Shown piece by piece: positions 1 to 7,571 of a stretch of 26,877 nucleotides of DNA (its first letter is position 1; every line of letters starts with the position of its first letter). Origin of the DNA: a virus (lineage: Duplodnaviria > Caudoviricetes); IMG/VR virus record IMGVR_UViG_3300030330_003921, positions 1-26,877 of that record; one strand, given 5' to 3'. The translations under genes were made by a program, and so were the position numbers. The notes under the pieces are model-generated. The model did not search any database. It saw nothing but the letters and a program-made list of their open reading frames with translations, and had not been told where the DNA came from.

Positions 1-24
1 CGACTGACAGGTTGCAAGATTATA

Positions 25-339
25 TTGATGGTATCGAAGACAGTGAGGACTAGTTTAAAAAAAGATTTAATAATTGGTATTCTATCTGGACTAGTCATAG
101 GTCTAACTTGTCTTGTCTTTCGTTTAGATACTGAGCTTGACAAAGCTAATCAGCTATTGGATGATCCCGCGATCAGGTTTCCAGAGAAATCAAATTGGTA
201 TAGAGAATATGAAAGGGCACAACAACCAATGCCAATGGTTCCTGATGTAGATTATAGAATAGAACAAATGCTTAATTTAGCTGCTGAAGAGCCAAGTTTA
301 TTTAGTGATGAAGAAATAGTTTATTTATTAATACAATGA
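25..339 (+). CDS. hypothetical membrane-anchored protein
   Basis: 104-aa ORF with an N-terminal hydrophobic segment (LIIGILSGLVIGLTCLVF); ATGA overlap with the next gene; start uncertain. Confidence 0.6.
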   Translation: MMVSKTVRTSLKKDLIIGILSGLVIGLTCLVFRLDTELDKANQLLDDPAIRFPEKSNWYREYERAQQPMPMVPDVDYRIEQMLNLAAEEPSLFSDEEIVYLLIQ

Positions 340-662
340 AGACAATAATAGTTAGTTTGTTATGCTGTTCCCTAGTTATTGGAGCAGTGTTATATCTAGA
401 TGAAGAGAATGTGCAAGTAGAAGAGATTAAAGTATCTTTTCCTAAAGACAAAGAAAGGGTAAAAGAGATCCCAGTCAAAGTCACCTTAACTAAATTTCAG
501 TTGAGAAAGATGCTTGACATTCTTGAGCAAGATCATAATCTCACGTTGCTGAACGGAGAAACCGTTCCTGCACTAGATCAAGATACCTATACGTTCAAAT
601 CAATAGCAAAAGGTGTAGACGGTGAGTATAATATTTCATCTACACATCTCTCAAGAAAATGA
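336..662 (+). CDS. hypothetical protein with N-terminal signal/TM segment
   Basis: MKTIIVSLLCCSLVIGAVLY; 4-nt overlaps with both neighbours. Confidence 0.7.
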   Translation: MKTIIVSLLCCSLVIGAVLYLDEENVQVEEIKVSFPKDKERVKEIPVKVTLTKFQLRKMLDILEQDHNLTLLNGETVPALDQDTYTFKSIAKGVDGEYNISSTHLSRK

Positions 663-982
663 ATACAGCAGTAATCAACATAACTGAAACGATGCTCAAT
701 AAGAGTATCATCGATGCAAATAAGAGTGTTTGTGCTTTTGCCAAAGACTTTTCTTTTGATTATAACGAAGCTGAATGCGGTCAACGTCAACCTCTGGAAG
801 CCGCATACGCCGATGGAACCGAAGCTAAGGTTACTTTCTATCGAGCTAAAACCCGAGGCGACAAACGTATCTCAATTACCAAACTTAAAAAGTTTGCTAA
901 GGCTGGTGACTTTGTTACTCTTATAAAAGTAAAGAATCGTGTGGAGATTCTTGTTAATGTCCGTATTGGAGATGACATCTAA
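659..982 (+). CDS. hypothetical protein resembling the N-terminal domain of MvaI/BcnI-family restriction proteins
   Basis: motifs T-x-T-x-L-x-KSIIDA, FYR-x-KTRGD-x-RI and LKKFA-x-AGD recalled from that family; translationally coupled. Confidence 0.5.
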   Translation: MNTAVINITETMLNKSIIDANKSVCAFAKDFSFDYNEAECGQRQPLEAAYADGTEAKVTFYRAKTRGDKRISITKLKKFAKAGDFVTLIKVKNRVEILVNVRIGDDI

Positions 983-1406
983 AGAACTTTTACAACTCCA
1001 TGATGAAACCTGCAAGACTTGTAGGGTAATCATGGAAAAGAAAAATAGCGATTACACAGGCGGTAGGGGAGCTACAGATCCCTTTGCTAATTTTAATGCG
1101 TCTAAAATCTTAAACATCCATCCTGTTCAGGGGTTACTGCTCCGTGTAATCGACAAAATACAAAGGATTCGTTCCTTTACTAACGATAGGGAGCTTTCTG
1201 TTCCTAATGAAACTGTAGAAGATGCTTGTGATGATATTGTAAACTATGCCATCCTCGCAAAAGCAATGCTCATGGAGGAGAGGAAAGGAGTAAAACAGTT
1301 AACTGAAGAACAAGAGCTTGAGGGTCAAAAACGTATTGACATCATTGGTCGTAATGGAAATGATGGTCTTCATTACTCCCAGATCGAACAAGAAAAAGCC
1401 AAATAA
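972..1406 (+). CDS. DUF1599 / nucleotide-modification-associated domain protein
   Basis: KKNSDY...DPFANF...LRVIDKIQRI...ETVEDACDDIVNYAIL pattern; start placed at ATG 972 (ORF track starts at GTG 939). Confidence 0.7.
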   Translation: MTSKELLQLHDETCKTCRVIMEKKNSDYTGGRGATDPFANFNASKILNIHPVQGLLLRVIDKIQRIRSFTNDRELSVPNETVEDACDDIVNYAILAKAMLMEERKGVKQLTEEQELEGQKRIDIIGRNGNDGLHYSQIEQEKAK

Positions 1407-1630
1407 TGAATGATCCACTTTACTCAATGCTTCATGCTGAAGCAACAGCAGACCGAACTAAAGCTTTATTGTCTCTAGATTTATTGTCCAACAAGGCGGC
1501 TGGAATAGGAGATCACTCAACAGAAGATTTCTGGAAGAATGCTAGGGAATCCTTAAATTTACTTGGCGATGCTGACGGACGGCTTAGGACGTTAAAGAAA
1601 TACTTTGTTGAGAAAAACGAGGGTGCATAG
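1406..1630 (+). CDS. small phage hypothetical protein
   Basis: TAATG coupling to the upstream gene; GIGDH motif; 3' end overlaps tRNA-Leu by 10 nt. Confidence 0.7.
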   Translation: MNDPLYSMLHAEATADRTKALLSLDLLSNKAAGIGDHSTEDFWKNARESLNLLGDADGRLRTLKKYFVEKNEGA

Positions 1631-1697
1631 TCCAACAGGCAGAGACAACGGACTTAAAATCCGTCCAGTGTGGGTTCGACTCCCACTGCACCTACCA
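1621..1697 (+). tRNA. tRNA-Leu(UAA), short variable loop
   Basis: acceptor GGGTGCA/TGCACCT, anticodon arm ACGGA-CTTAAAA-TCCGT, T arm GTGGG-TTCGACT-CCCAC, discriminator A, encoded CCA. Confidence 0.9.
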
Positions 1698-1700
1698 AAC

Positions 1701-1776
1701 GCGCTTATAGCTCAGTGGTTAGAGCATCCGACTCATAATCGGCAGGTCGCTGGTTCAAATCCAGCTGGGCGCACCA
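1701..1776 (+). tRNA. tRNA with CAU anticodon, probably tRNA-Ile2 (alternatively elongator Met)
   Basis: acceptor GCGCTTA/TGGGCGC (G1-C72, so not initiator), D arm GCTC/GAGC, loop CTCATAA, T arm GCTGG-TTCAAAT-CCAGC, CCA; body resembles bacterial Ile2 tRNAs. Confidence 0.9.
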
Positions 1777-1786
1777 ATTTGTTACA

Positions 1787-2563
1787 ATGTTTAAAATAGT
1801 TACCACTTGTTATAATTGTGAAGCATTTATAAAAGAGTGCATTGAAAGTGTTTTCGCCCAAAAACAAAGTGATTGGGAGATGTATATTTTTGATGATGCT
1901 AGTTACGATAAATCTAGGGAAGTAGCTAAAGAAGTAGCTAATCGTGATCCTAGGATAAAAATTATTGAAAATAAAATAAATAAGGGGGCTGTATACAATA
2001 AGACATACAATTTTATTCGTCACGCAAAACCTGATGATGAAGATATTATTGTCACTTTGGATGGAGACGATTATTTAGGTAGTCAATATGCTCTGTGTTA
2101 TTTAAAAAAAATATATTCCGAAGGTTATTGGTTTTCTTATGGAGGGTTCATTGCTTCAGAAAAAAGTTTTTATGATAGTGTGGCTCCAGACCATTTAACG
2201 CCAATAGATTGGAATATGTCTTTAAGAAATCAAAGATTCTGTATAACCGCTTTAAGATCTCATAAGTTTTTTTTGTTAAAAAATTTAAAAGATAAAGATT
2301 TAAGATACAAGAGTGGCACATTGTTTAAGTTTCCAGAGGACATAATTTTAAATATTCCTATGGCTGAAATGGCTGGGGAAGACAAATGTTTTTTTTTAAA
2401 AGAGAAAATATATTCTTACCGAATACATAAAAACAATGACACTTTTCAGAATGATGATCACAGGACGGCAATAACAAGAGATGATCTTAGCTTTAGAGAA
2501 GAGTATCCTAGAAAAACAAAACAACAATTGCTTGACTGGAAATGCGATTGGTCTATTATTTGA
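1787..2563 (+). CDS. glycosyltransferase family 2
   Basis: IVTTCYN...CIESVFAQ...WEMYIFDDAS.D.S, DxD motif LDGDD, ED motif, YRIH. Confidence 0.9.
   Translation: MFKIVTTCYNCEAFIKECIESVFAQKQSDWEMYIFDDASYDKSREVAKEVANRDPRIKIIENKINKGAVYNKTYNFIRHAKPDDEDIIVTLDGDDYLGSQYALCYLKKIYSEGYWFSYGGFIASEKSFYDSVAPDHLTPIDWNMSLRNQRFCITALRSHKFFLLKNLKDKDLRYKSGTLFKFPEDIILNIPMAEMAGEDKCFFLKEKIYSYRIHKNNDTFQNDDHRTAITRDDLSFREEYPRKTKQQLLDWKCDWSII
2532..2559 (+). promoter_or_regulatory. sigma70-like promoter (near-leaderless)
   Basis: TTGACT-16 bp-TATTAT, 9 nt before ATG 2569. Confidence 0.6.
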
Positions 2564-2568
2564 GCAAC

Positions 2569-3036
2569 ATGAACATATTCGCAGTAGATACCGACCCCAA
2601 GATAGCCGCGCAACAATTGTGCGATAAGCATGTAGTGAAAATGATTCTTGAATCAGCTCAAATGCTTTGTTCTTGTTTCCCTAAAGGCGAAGCCCCATAC
2701 AAGAGAGCTTTTTACAATCACCCATGCACTATCTGGGCTAGAGAATCAAAAGAAAACTATGAGTGGTTACTAGATCATGCCCACGCTATGTGTCAGGAAT
2801 ACACTAGGCGGTATGGTAAGATCCATAAGTCACTAGATACAATACACTGGTGTTCTTGTAATTATAATCAATTAAATTTACCGAGCAAAGGTCTAACACC
2901 ATTTGCTCAGGCTATGCCAGATGAGTATAAGAATAAGTGTGCTGTCAAAGCTTATCGAGCCTACTACAATGGGGAGAAGTCTTACTTTGCCAAGTGGACT
3001 ACAAGAGATACCCCAAAATGGTTCCAGATCGAATGA
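2569..3036 (+). CDS. pyrimidine dimer DNA glycosylase / endonuclease V-like protein
   Basis: family-typical N-terminus MNIF...AAQ..CDKHVVKMILESAQML, NHPCTIWAR, FAQAMP..YK, AYRAYY; start reset to ATG 2569. Confidence 0.8.
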   Translation: MNIFAVDTDPKIAAQQLCDKHVVKMILESAQMLCSCFPKGEAPYKRAFYNHPCTIWARESKENYEWLLDHAHAMCQEYTRRYGKIHKSLDTIHWCSCNYNQLNLPSKGLTPFAQAMPDEYKNKCAVKAYRAYYNGEKSYFAKWTTRDTPKWFQIE

Positions 3037-3057
3037 TATTTTGCCAAATAAGCGATA

Positions 3058-3273
3058 TTATTTTTCCCAACCTTTGTGATAAAAAAGACCATCACTTTGT
3101 TTTTTCCAATTTGCCTCTGGATCATTCTTATAATACTCTTCATCATATTCATTAGTTATCATTCTTTTGAAGATCCTATATACACTGTAACAATTAGGAA
3201 TCAAAAAGACCGACATGATTAAAATAATTAATATTACGGTAAGAGTTTCTAATAATGTAAACGCCTTTCTCAT
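3058..3273 (-). CDS. small protein with type IV prepilin N-terminal cleavage/methylation motif
   Basis: MRKA|FTLLETLTVILIILIMSVFLIP: basic leader, A|F cleavage site, Glu at +5, hydrophobic helix ending in Pro22. Confidence 0.75.
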   Translation of the reverse strand: MRKAFTLLETLTVILIILIMSVFLIPNCYSVYRIFKRMITNEYDEEYYKNDPEANWKKQSDGLFYHKGWEK

Positions 3274-3599
3274 AAACTTCGTTTAATAATCGCTAAAGAT
3301 TTTATTTGTAATATTAAACTGGCTACATTCTCAGAACAAATCTTTTCAGTTGTTACGGTAAGCGGGAAGTTGCTTACCGTATCTAATCTTATTCCTTCTT
3401 CTCTTTCCTCTGGCGTTACAAAATCCATTACATAATCGTTTAAACCTTTTTGTTTTAATAATTTATAGTAGTAATCTCTTTGTTGAGATTGTGCCTCTAC
3501 TAATATATTCATACAAATGTTTTTCGATGCCATCATAGTTAAGTAACGGAAATATAATCCTTCATTTGTAGTCAAATCGGAAACTACAATTAAGTTCAT
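3270..3599 (-). CDS. hypothetical protein
   Basis: 109-aa ORF, ATGA-coupled to the prepilin-like gene, GTGTAA motif starting 14 nt before the ATG. Confidence 0.75.
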   Translation of the reverse strand: MNLIVVSDLTTNEGLYFRYLTMMASKNICMNILVEAQSQQRDYYYKLLKQKGLNDYVMDFVTPEEREEGIRLDTVSNFPLTVTTEKICSENVASLILQIKSLAIIKRSL

Positions 3600-3655
3600 A
3601 GATATATTTACACGTTTATACGTTGAAAAAAGTGGATTTTAATCCAAAAAAGTGC

Positions 3656-3683
3656 TTGCGCTCCATTTTAATCTATATATAAT
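3656..3683 (+). promoter_or_regulatory. sigma70-like promoter (leaderless)
   Basis: A-rich tract, TTGCGC-16 bp-TATAAT, 7 nt before ATG 3691. Confidence 0.75.
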
Positions 3684-3690
3684 GTGCGCG

Positions 3691-3951
3691 ATGAACGAAC
3701 CAAAGAAGAAACAGCGAGGCCGTCCCAAGGGATCAACATCATTTGTTAGAGTCAGTATGTCTGACTTGCTTGGCGCGGTAGGTAGCAAATCTAATGTAGT
3801 AGTTTCCAAGAAGTGGCTAGAGGAGATTGGCTTGACAGTGGCACCCGCTCCTGTTAAAGTGATCGACGGTTCTTACGATACTAAGAACGGCACTCAGCTC
3901 GCAGAGCAGACAGAAGAGAAGATTGAGTTCTCTGTCACCTCCTTTGACTAA
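3691..3951 (+). CDS. small AT-hook-containing DNA-binding protein
   Basis: KKQRGRPKGS AT-hook core; start reset to ATG 3691 from promoter geometry. Confidence 0.7.
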   Translation: MNEPKKKQRGRPKGSTSFVRVSMSDLLGAVGSKSNVVVSKKWLEEIGLTVAPAPVKVIDGSYDTKNGTQLAEQTEEKIEFSVTSFD

Positions 3952-4868
3952 TGGAAACTAAAAATATGTTTGAGGGTCTTATTGGACAGGATACCCTCAA
4001 GAAGCGTCTTCAGTTCTATAGCAGAGCTAAAGAAGCTACAGGCACACTTCCTTTTCTTCTTTTCAATGGAGCGAAGGGACTGGGGAAGACAGAGTTCGCA
4101 AAAGCATTTGCCAAGTCTCTAGGCAAGCCAATGGTAGAAATCAATTGTTCTACTATTCGCAATGCCGAACAGTTCTTTGAGCAAGTATTTATTCCTGCGA
4201 TTCTGGATAAGGACATCACCGTCCTGCTAGATGAAGCTCATGCCTTACCGAAAGATTTGGAAATGGCTTTTCTCACCGTGTTCAATGTCGAGGGGGCTAA
4301 GACCAAGCGATTTGAATTTGGTGAGTCGAGCTTCTTGTTTGACTTCCAGAGGCAGACCTTCCTGTTTGCCACTACGGAACTGGACAAATTGTTTCCTCCT
4401 TTCAAGGATCGCCTTACCCAACTGGACTTTGAGCCATACAATAGTAAAGAGTTGGCTGGGATAATAGAGAAGAAACTAGATTGGATTACATTCACAGATA
4501 ATGTAATGCATGATATTTCTTTGACGGTTAGAGGTAATGCACGGTCTGCTATCAAACGCGCACTGGAAATCAAAGCGTATGCAGAGGTCAACAACAGGGC
4601 GAGGTTCACTCCAGCAGACTGGAAAGAGTTGTGCGGCTTGCTTGGTATCATGCCCTACGGTATCAATGCTACTGAGCTACAGGTCATGCGTATCCTGAAA
4701 GATCGTGGGGCTTGCACACTGCAAATGATTTGTGCAGTTACTGGAATGTCTAGGACAGCCATACAGAAAGACGCAGAGATTTATCTGCTGAAGAATGGCT
4801 TTATGAAGATAGATGGCAAAAGAGAAATCACAGGTAAAGGTGTTAAGGCACTAGAGAAGATCAAATGA
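3951..4868 (+). CDS. ruvB: RuvB-like Holliday junction branch-migration AAA+ ATPase
   Basis: F..LIGQ, Walker A LLFNGAKGLGKT, Walker B LLDEAHAL, ATT...L.PPF.DR, Y...EL, RG.AR.A, C-terminal winged-helix region. Confidence 0.85.
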   Translation: METKNMFEGLIGQDTLKKRLQFYSRAKEATGTLPFLLFNGAKGLGKTEFAKAFAKSLGKPMVEINCSTIRNAEQFFEQVFIPAILDKDITVLLDEAHALPKDLEMAFLTVFNVEGAKTKRFEFGESSFLFDFQRQTFLFATTELDKLFPPFKDRLTQLDFEPYNSKELAGIIEKKLDWITFTDNVMHDISLTVRGNARSAIKRALEIKAYAEVNNRARFTPADWKELCGLLGIMPYGINATELQVMRILKDRGACTLQMICAVTGMSRTAIQKDAEIYLLKNGFMKIDGKREITGKGVKALEKIK

Positions 4869-5104
4869 AAGCACTAAAGACTAGTAAAGGAGCAAAGAGT
4901 GGCGGCAGACCAAAGAAATCTAATAAGTTGGTTAATGTAAGAAAGTATCTGCCTTGGATGAAGCGGGTGGCTAAATATCAAATTGTTTATAATCAGTTAG
5001 ATAGCCTAGAGTATAACCTCTTTAATAACAGTCAATGTGACCAGAAAGAAGTTCAGAAGAGAATAGCACAGATTAAAAAAGACATTAGCAACATAAAGAT
5101 ATAA
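4865..5104 (+). CDS. basic hypothetical protein (GRP AT-hook-like motif)
   Basis: KSGGRPKKS; coupled to ruvB. Confidence 0.65.
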   Translation: MKALKTSKGAKSGGRPKKSNKLVNVRKYLPWMKRVAKYQIVYNQLDSLEYNLFNNSQCDQKEVQKRIAQIKKDISNIKI

Positions 5105-5397
5105 TGACTGCACAAGAACAAGTAGATTATCCACTCCCTGTAATCCATATGAATGGCACAGGGGCAGAGGGGTTGATGGCGGGATATGAGAATGTATATG
5201 ATTGCCTCGATAAGCTGCAAGAAGCTATGGAGAAGTGCATAGTGCATGGTAGAGACTATTACCCTCTGGATGAGGACCAAGAAGAGGAGTCTTTCCGCGC
5301 CGCATGGAACGAGAGACACAAGCACAATAAAGCGATAAACGATTTCAAGGATTATATCTTTGAGCACATGGTGCATATAAACGATCAAAGCAAATGA
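5104..5397 (+). CDS. hypothetical protein
   Basis: 97-aa ORF with TAATG coupling; HGRDYYP motif. Confidence 0.7.
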   Translation: MTAQEQVDYPLPVIHMNGTGAEGLMAGYENVYDCLDKLQEAMEKCIVHGRDYYPLDEDQEEESFRAAWNERHKHNKAINDFKDYIFEHMVHINDQSK

Positions 5398-5612
5398 TAC
5401 TAACAATACACCTAGAAGTGGGCTTCGATAAAGAAGATCACCCAGAGGAAGTGGCAAAGTTTATGGCCGCAAACATTATGAACTTTACTCTCAATAGAGA
5501 TTCAATCGACTCGTTGACCATTAGACCGTTACGCTTAGAACACGATAACGGCAATGCCACAACAGATGTAGAGGATCTTTGCAAAGCAGTAGACAGTTTA
5601 ACTAAAGATTAA
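5394..5612 (+). CDS. hypothetical protein
   Basis: 72-aa ORF, ATGA overlap. Confidence 0.65.
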   Translation: MILTIHLEVGFDKEDHPEEVAKFMAANIMNFTLNRDSIDSLTIRPLRLEHDNGNATTDVEDLCKAVDSLTKD

Positions 5613-5799
5613 TTTGTATTTATTTATTACGCCCCTTGTATATACATTACCATATAATAAGAATACATAGGCTACATACAATACAATGGATAGGAAATAT
5701 ACTAAAATAAAAGGTGTGAACAGCATTTGTCCAGTCATGTGGTCAGTGGATACTACCTGTCCTTTTTAATTATTTAAATACCTTTTAAAAGAATTTTAA

Positions 5800-5931
5800 A
5801 TGACATTCGAAGACTTCTGGCCTTTCTGGTTTGTATTTTGGTTGCTTTTCCTCCTATACAGATCACTATTCTACGGACAAAAAACGTCACATTTAGACGA
5901 GGACATAGATGACTACTGGTCAGACGGTTAA
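5800..5931 (+). CDS. putative 43-aa membrane peptide (not in ORF track)
   Basis: MTFEDFWPFWFVFWLLFLLYRSLFYGQKTSHLDEDIDDYWSDG: aromatic TM segment plus acidic tail. Confidence 0.45.
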   Translation: MTFEDFWPFWFVFWLLFLLYRSLFYGQKTSHLDEDIDDYWSDG

Positions 5932-6177
5932 GCCCAGCGCCAAATAAACAAAACAAATAAGACAGCTAGGGCCGCCGATTCAACCGCAAATAACTAAATA
6001 AGCGTTACGCGACATGTAGATCAAATCGACAGATCAAAATAATATGTCTAAATAAGGGCAGAAGATCGACACGTTTTTTTCCTTGACTGCCACCGTAGGT
6101 GGCAGTAATGTGATGGCGCTGGATCGGACGAGAAGAACTAAATAAACCCAGGATCAAATAGACAAACCTAAATAAGT

Positions 6178-6205
6178 AGGACCGCGTAAGCGGTCCTTTT
6201 CTTTT
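6178..6205 (+). terminator. intrinsic terminator
   Basis: AGGACCGC-GTAA-GCGGTCCT hairpin (GNRA loop) followed by TTTCTTTT, at the convergence of + and - strand gene blocks. Confidence 0.8.
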
Positions 6206-6223
6206 GCACGATTAGTCGCTTAC

Positions 6224-6300
6224 GTAACTCATTGATATTTAACGTGTTATGCGGGGCGGCGGGGCCGCGCCTCATAACTTACTGATTATCAGTGAGTTAT
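6224..6300. repeat. 77-bp double-palindrome element, copy 1
   Basis: GTAACTCATTGATATTTAACGTGTTAT + GCGGGGCGGCGGGGCCGCGCCTC + ATAACTTACTGATTATCAGTGAGTTAT. Confidence 0.95.
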
Positions 6301-6588
6301 GCCTCTTATTTTGCAATATTCAACCCAAGAGTCACGCTCGGAAAGCTCCGCTTTCGGTGGTTTGGGTTTACTCTTACGCTCGCTGGCCCAGTATCTCGTC
6401 TTTGTATCTGCTGCTGCCCTAACCTCAAAAGCGATTTCTTTATATCCCATGTCACAGAGGATTTCAATCGTCTTAAACAAGTGAGCTTGCACCGCACAAC
6501 GCGCACGATGCTCTTCGTTCTCTTCTTCTGTGCAAGGAATCATCTTCCTGCCAGAGCGAGCAGGTTTAAAGTATTTTGTTTTACTCAT
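6289..6588 (-). CDS. hypothetical protein
   Basis: 99-aa ORF in a coupled minus-strand run; stop codon lies inside repeat copy 1. Confidence 0.7.
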   Translation of the reverse strand: MSKTKYFKPARSGRKMIPCTEEENEEHRARCAVQAHLFKTIEILCDMGYKEIAFEVRAAADTKTRYWASERKSKPKPPKAELSERDSWVEYCKIRGITH

Positions 6589-6797
6589 GCTCCCATTCTA
6601 ACTCCGTTATCAATCTCGACATCTACATCAGAGATGTCGTTGCCTACAAAGCGGATAACAAACTTCGGTGCAGTCTGGTTCGCCAAGAGATCAGTAGCAA
6701 CAATCTCTCCATCTTTGACAGAGAGAGAGAAAGCACCGTCAATCGCGGCATTATAAAGGGTGGCGTGGATTTGGTCTTTTCGATTTATCATACTCAT
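6585..6797 (-). CDS. hypothetical protein
   Basis: 70 aa, ATGA overlaps on both sides. Confidence 0.7.
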   Translation of the reverse strand: MSMINRKDQIHATLYNAAIDGAFSLSVKDGEIVATDLLANQTAPKFVIRFVGNDISDVDVEIDNGVRMGA

Positions 6798-6970
6798 ATC
6801 TCTTCTACTCTATGTTCTGTTACGTCTTGCACCGTGTCGTGATAGGTGGTGGCTCCTATGTAGTCACCCTCCCCATCACGCGCACGTTTTACAGCGTCTT
6901 GTTTACTGTCAGCGTGAACATGCACCTCCTGCCAGTGGATCTCTTTGAGGTATACCCTGTATGATTCCAT
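6794..6970 (-). CDS. hypothetical protein
   Basis: MESYRVYLKEIHWQEVHVHADSKQDA; start reset to ATG 6970 (TGATG coupling). Confidence 0.7.
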   Translation of the reverse strand: MESYRVYLKEIHWQEVHVHADSKQDAVKRARDGEGDYIGATTYHDTVQDVTEHRVEEI

Positions 6971-7347
6971 CACCACCAACTGTTATACTCAACCTCGAAA
7001 CCCTCGGCAAGCGCTTTCCTAGCTTTCTTGAGAAACTCAAGAGTCTGCTCTTTCTGGTATTCATCACCCACACTGTCAGCGCCGAAAAAGAAACCTGCGG
7101 TCTGAGGCAAGTTGAAGGTCATCACATCCTGCTCCAGCTTATCCAAGTCTTTCTCATCCAGCTTAACAGCAACACCATTGAAGTCATCGCTGCTTATTTC
7201 TTGTCTGGACCTGTGAAGGTTTTCCATCCAACCATGCAAGGCGTTGTGCTTGCGCCAGTAGAATATCTCTGTTGTCTTGACGGTTGAAGTCTTGGTGGTG
7301 GGCGCATACTTGCGCTTTACTTTGTAGGCGTATTGATCTAATCCCAT
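6970..7347 (-). CDS. conserved phage hypothetical protein (MGLD...YWRKHN...WM type)
   Basis: MGLDQYAY, EIFYWRKHNALHGWM, LPQTAGFFFG, YNSWW end; own promoter. Confidence 0.8.
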   Translation of the reverse strand: MGLDQYAYKVKRKYAPTTKTSTVKTTEIFYWRKHNALHGWMENLHRSRQEISSDDFNGVAVKLDEKDLDKLEQDVMTFNLPQTAGFFFGADSVGDEYQKEQTLEFLKKARKALAEGFEVEYNSWW

Positions 7348-7356
7348 GTCGAAAGA

Positions 7357-7384
7357 ATCATATCAGGCGGCTGGCGATTGGCAA
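7357..7384 (-). promoter_or_regulatory. sigma70-like promoter with A-rich UP tract
   Basis: TTGCCA-16-TATGAT, 9 nt before ATG 7347. Confidence 0.75.
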
Positions 7385-7410
7385 TACCTTTTTTATTCTT
7401 TTTTAATGCT

Positions 7411-7487
7411 GTAACTCATTGATAGTTAGGGAGTTACACACGGCGGCGGCCCCGCCCCGCGTAACTCGTTGATAATCAACGACTTAC
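7411..7487. repeat. 77-bp double-palindrome element, copy 2
   Basis: GTAACTCATTGATAGTTAGGGAGTTAC + ACACGGCGGCGGCCCCGCCCCGC + GTAACTCGTTGATAATCAACGACTTAC. Confidence 0.95.
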
Positions 7488-7505
7488 GACTGCTGTTTTT
7501 AATGT

Positions 7506-7551
7506 AAAGAAAAACCCCGCCCCCCTATATATGCAAACACGAGGGACGGGG
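7506..7551 (-). terminator. intrinsic terminator (repeated family)
   Basis: minus strand CCCCGTCCCT...GGGGGCGGGG followed by TTTTTCTTT. Confidence 0.7.
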
Positions 7552-7571
7552 CTGTTACCACCTACACAAAG

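Noticed and set aside
514-539. TTGACA...CATAAT promoter-like pair inside CDS 336-662
   Set aside because: Spacer is only 14 bp.
1605-1799. 64-aa ORF (and the minus-strand 1733-2023 ORF)
   Set aside because: They overlap the two tRNA genes and the GT2 gene.
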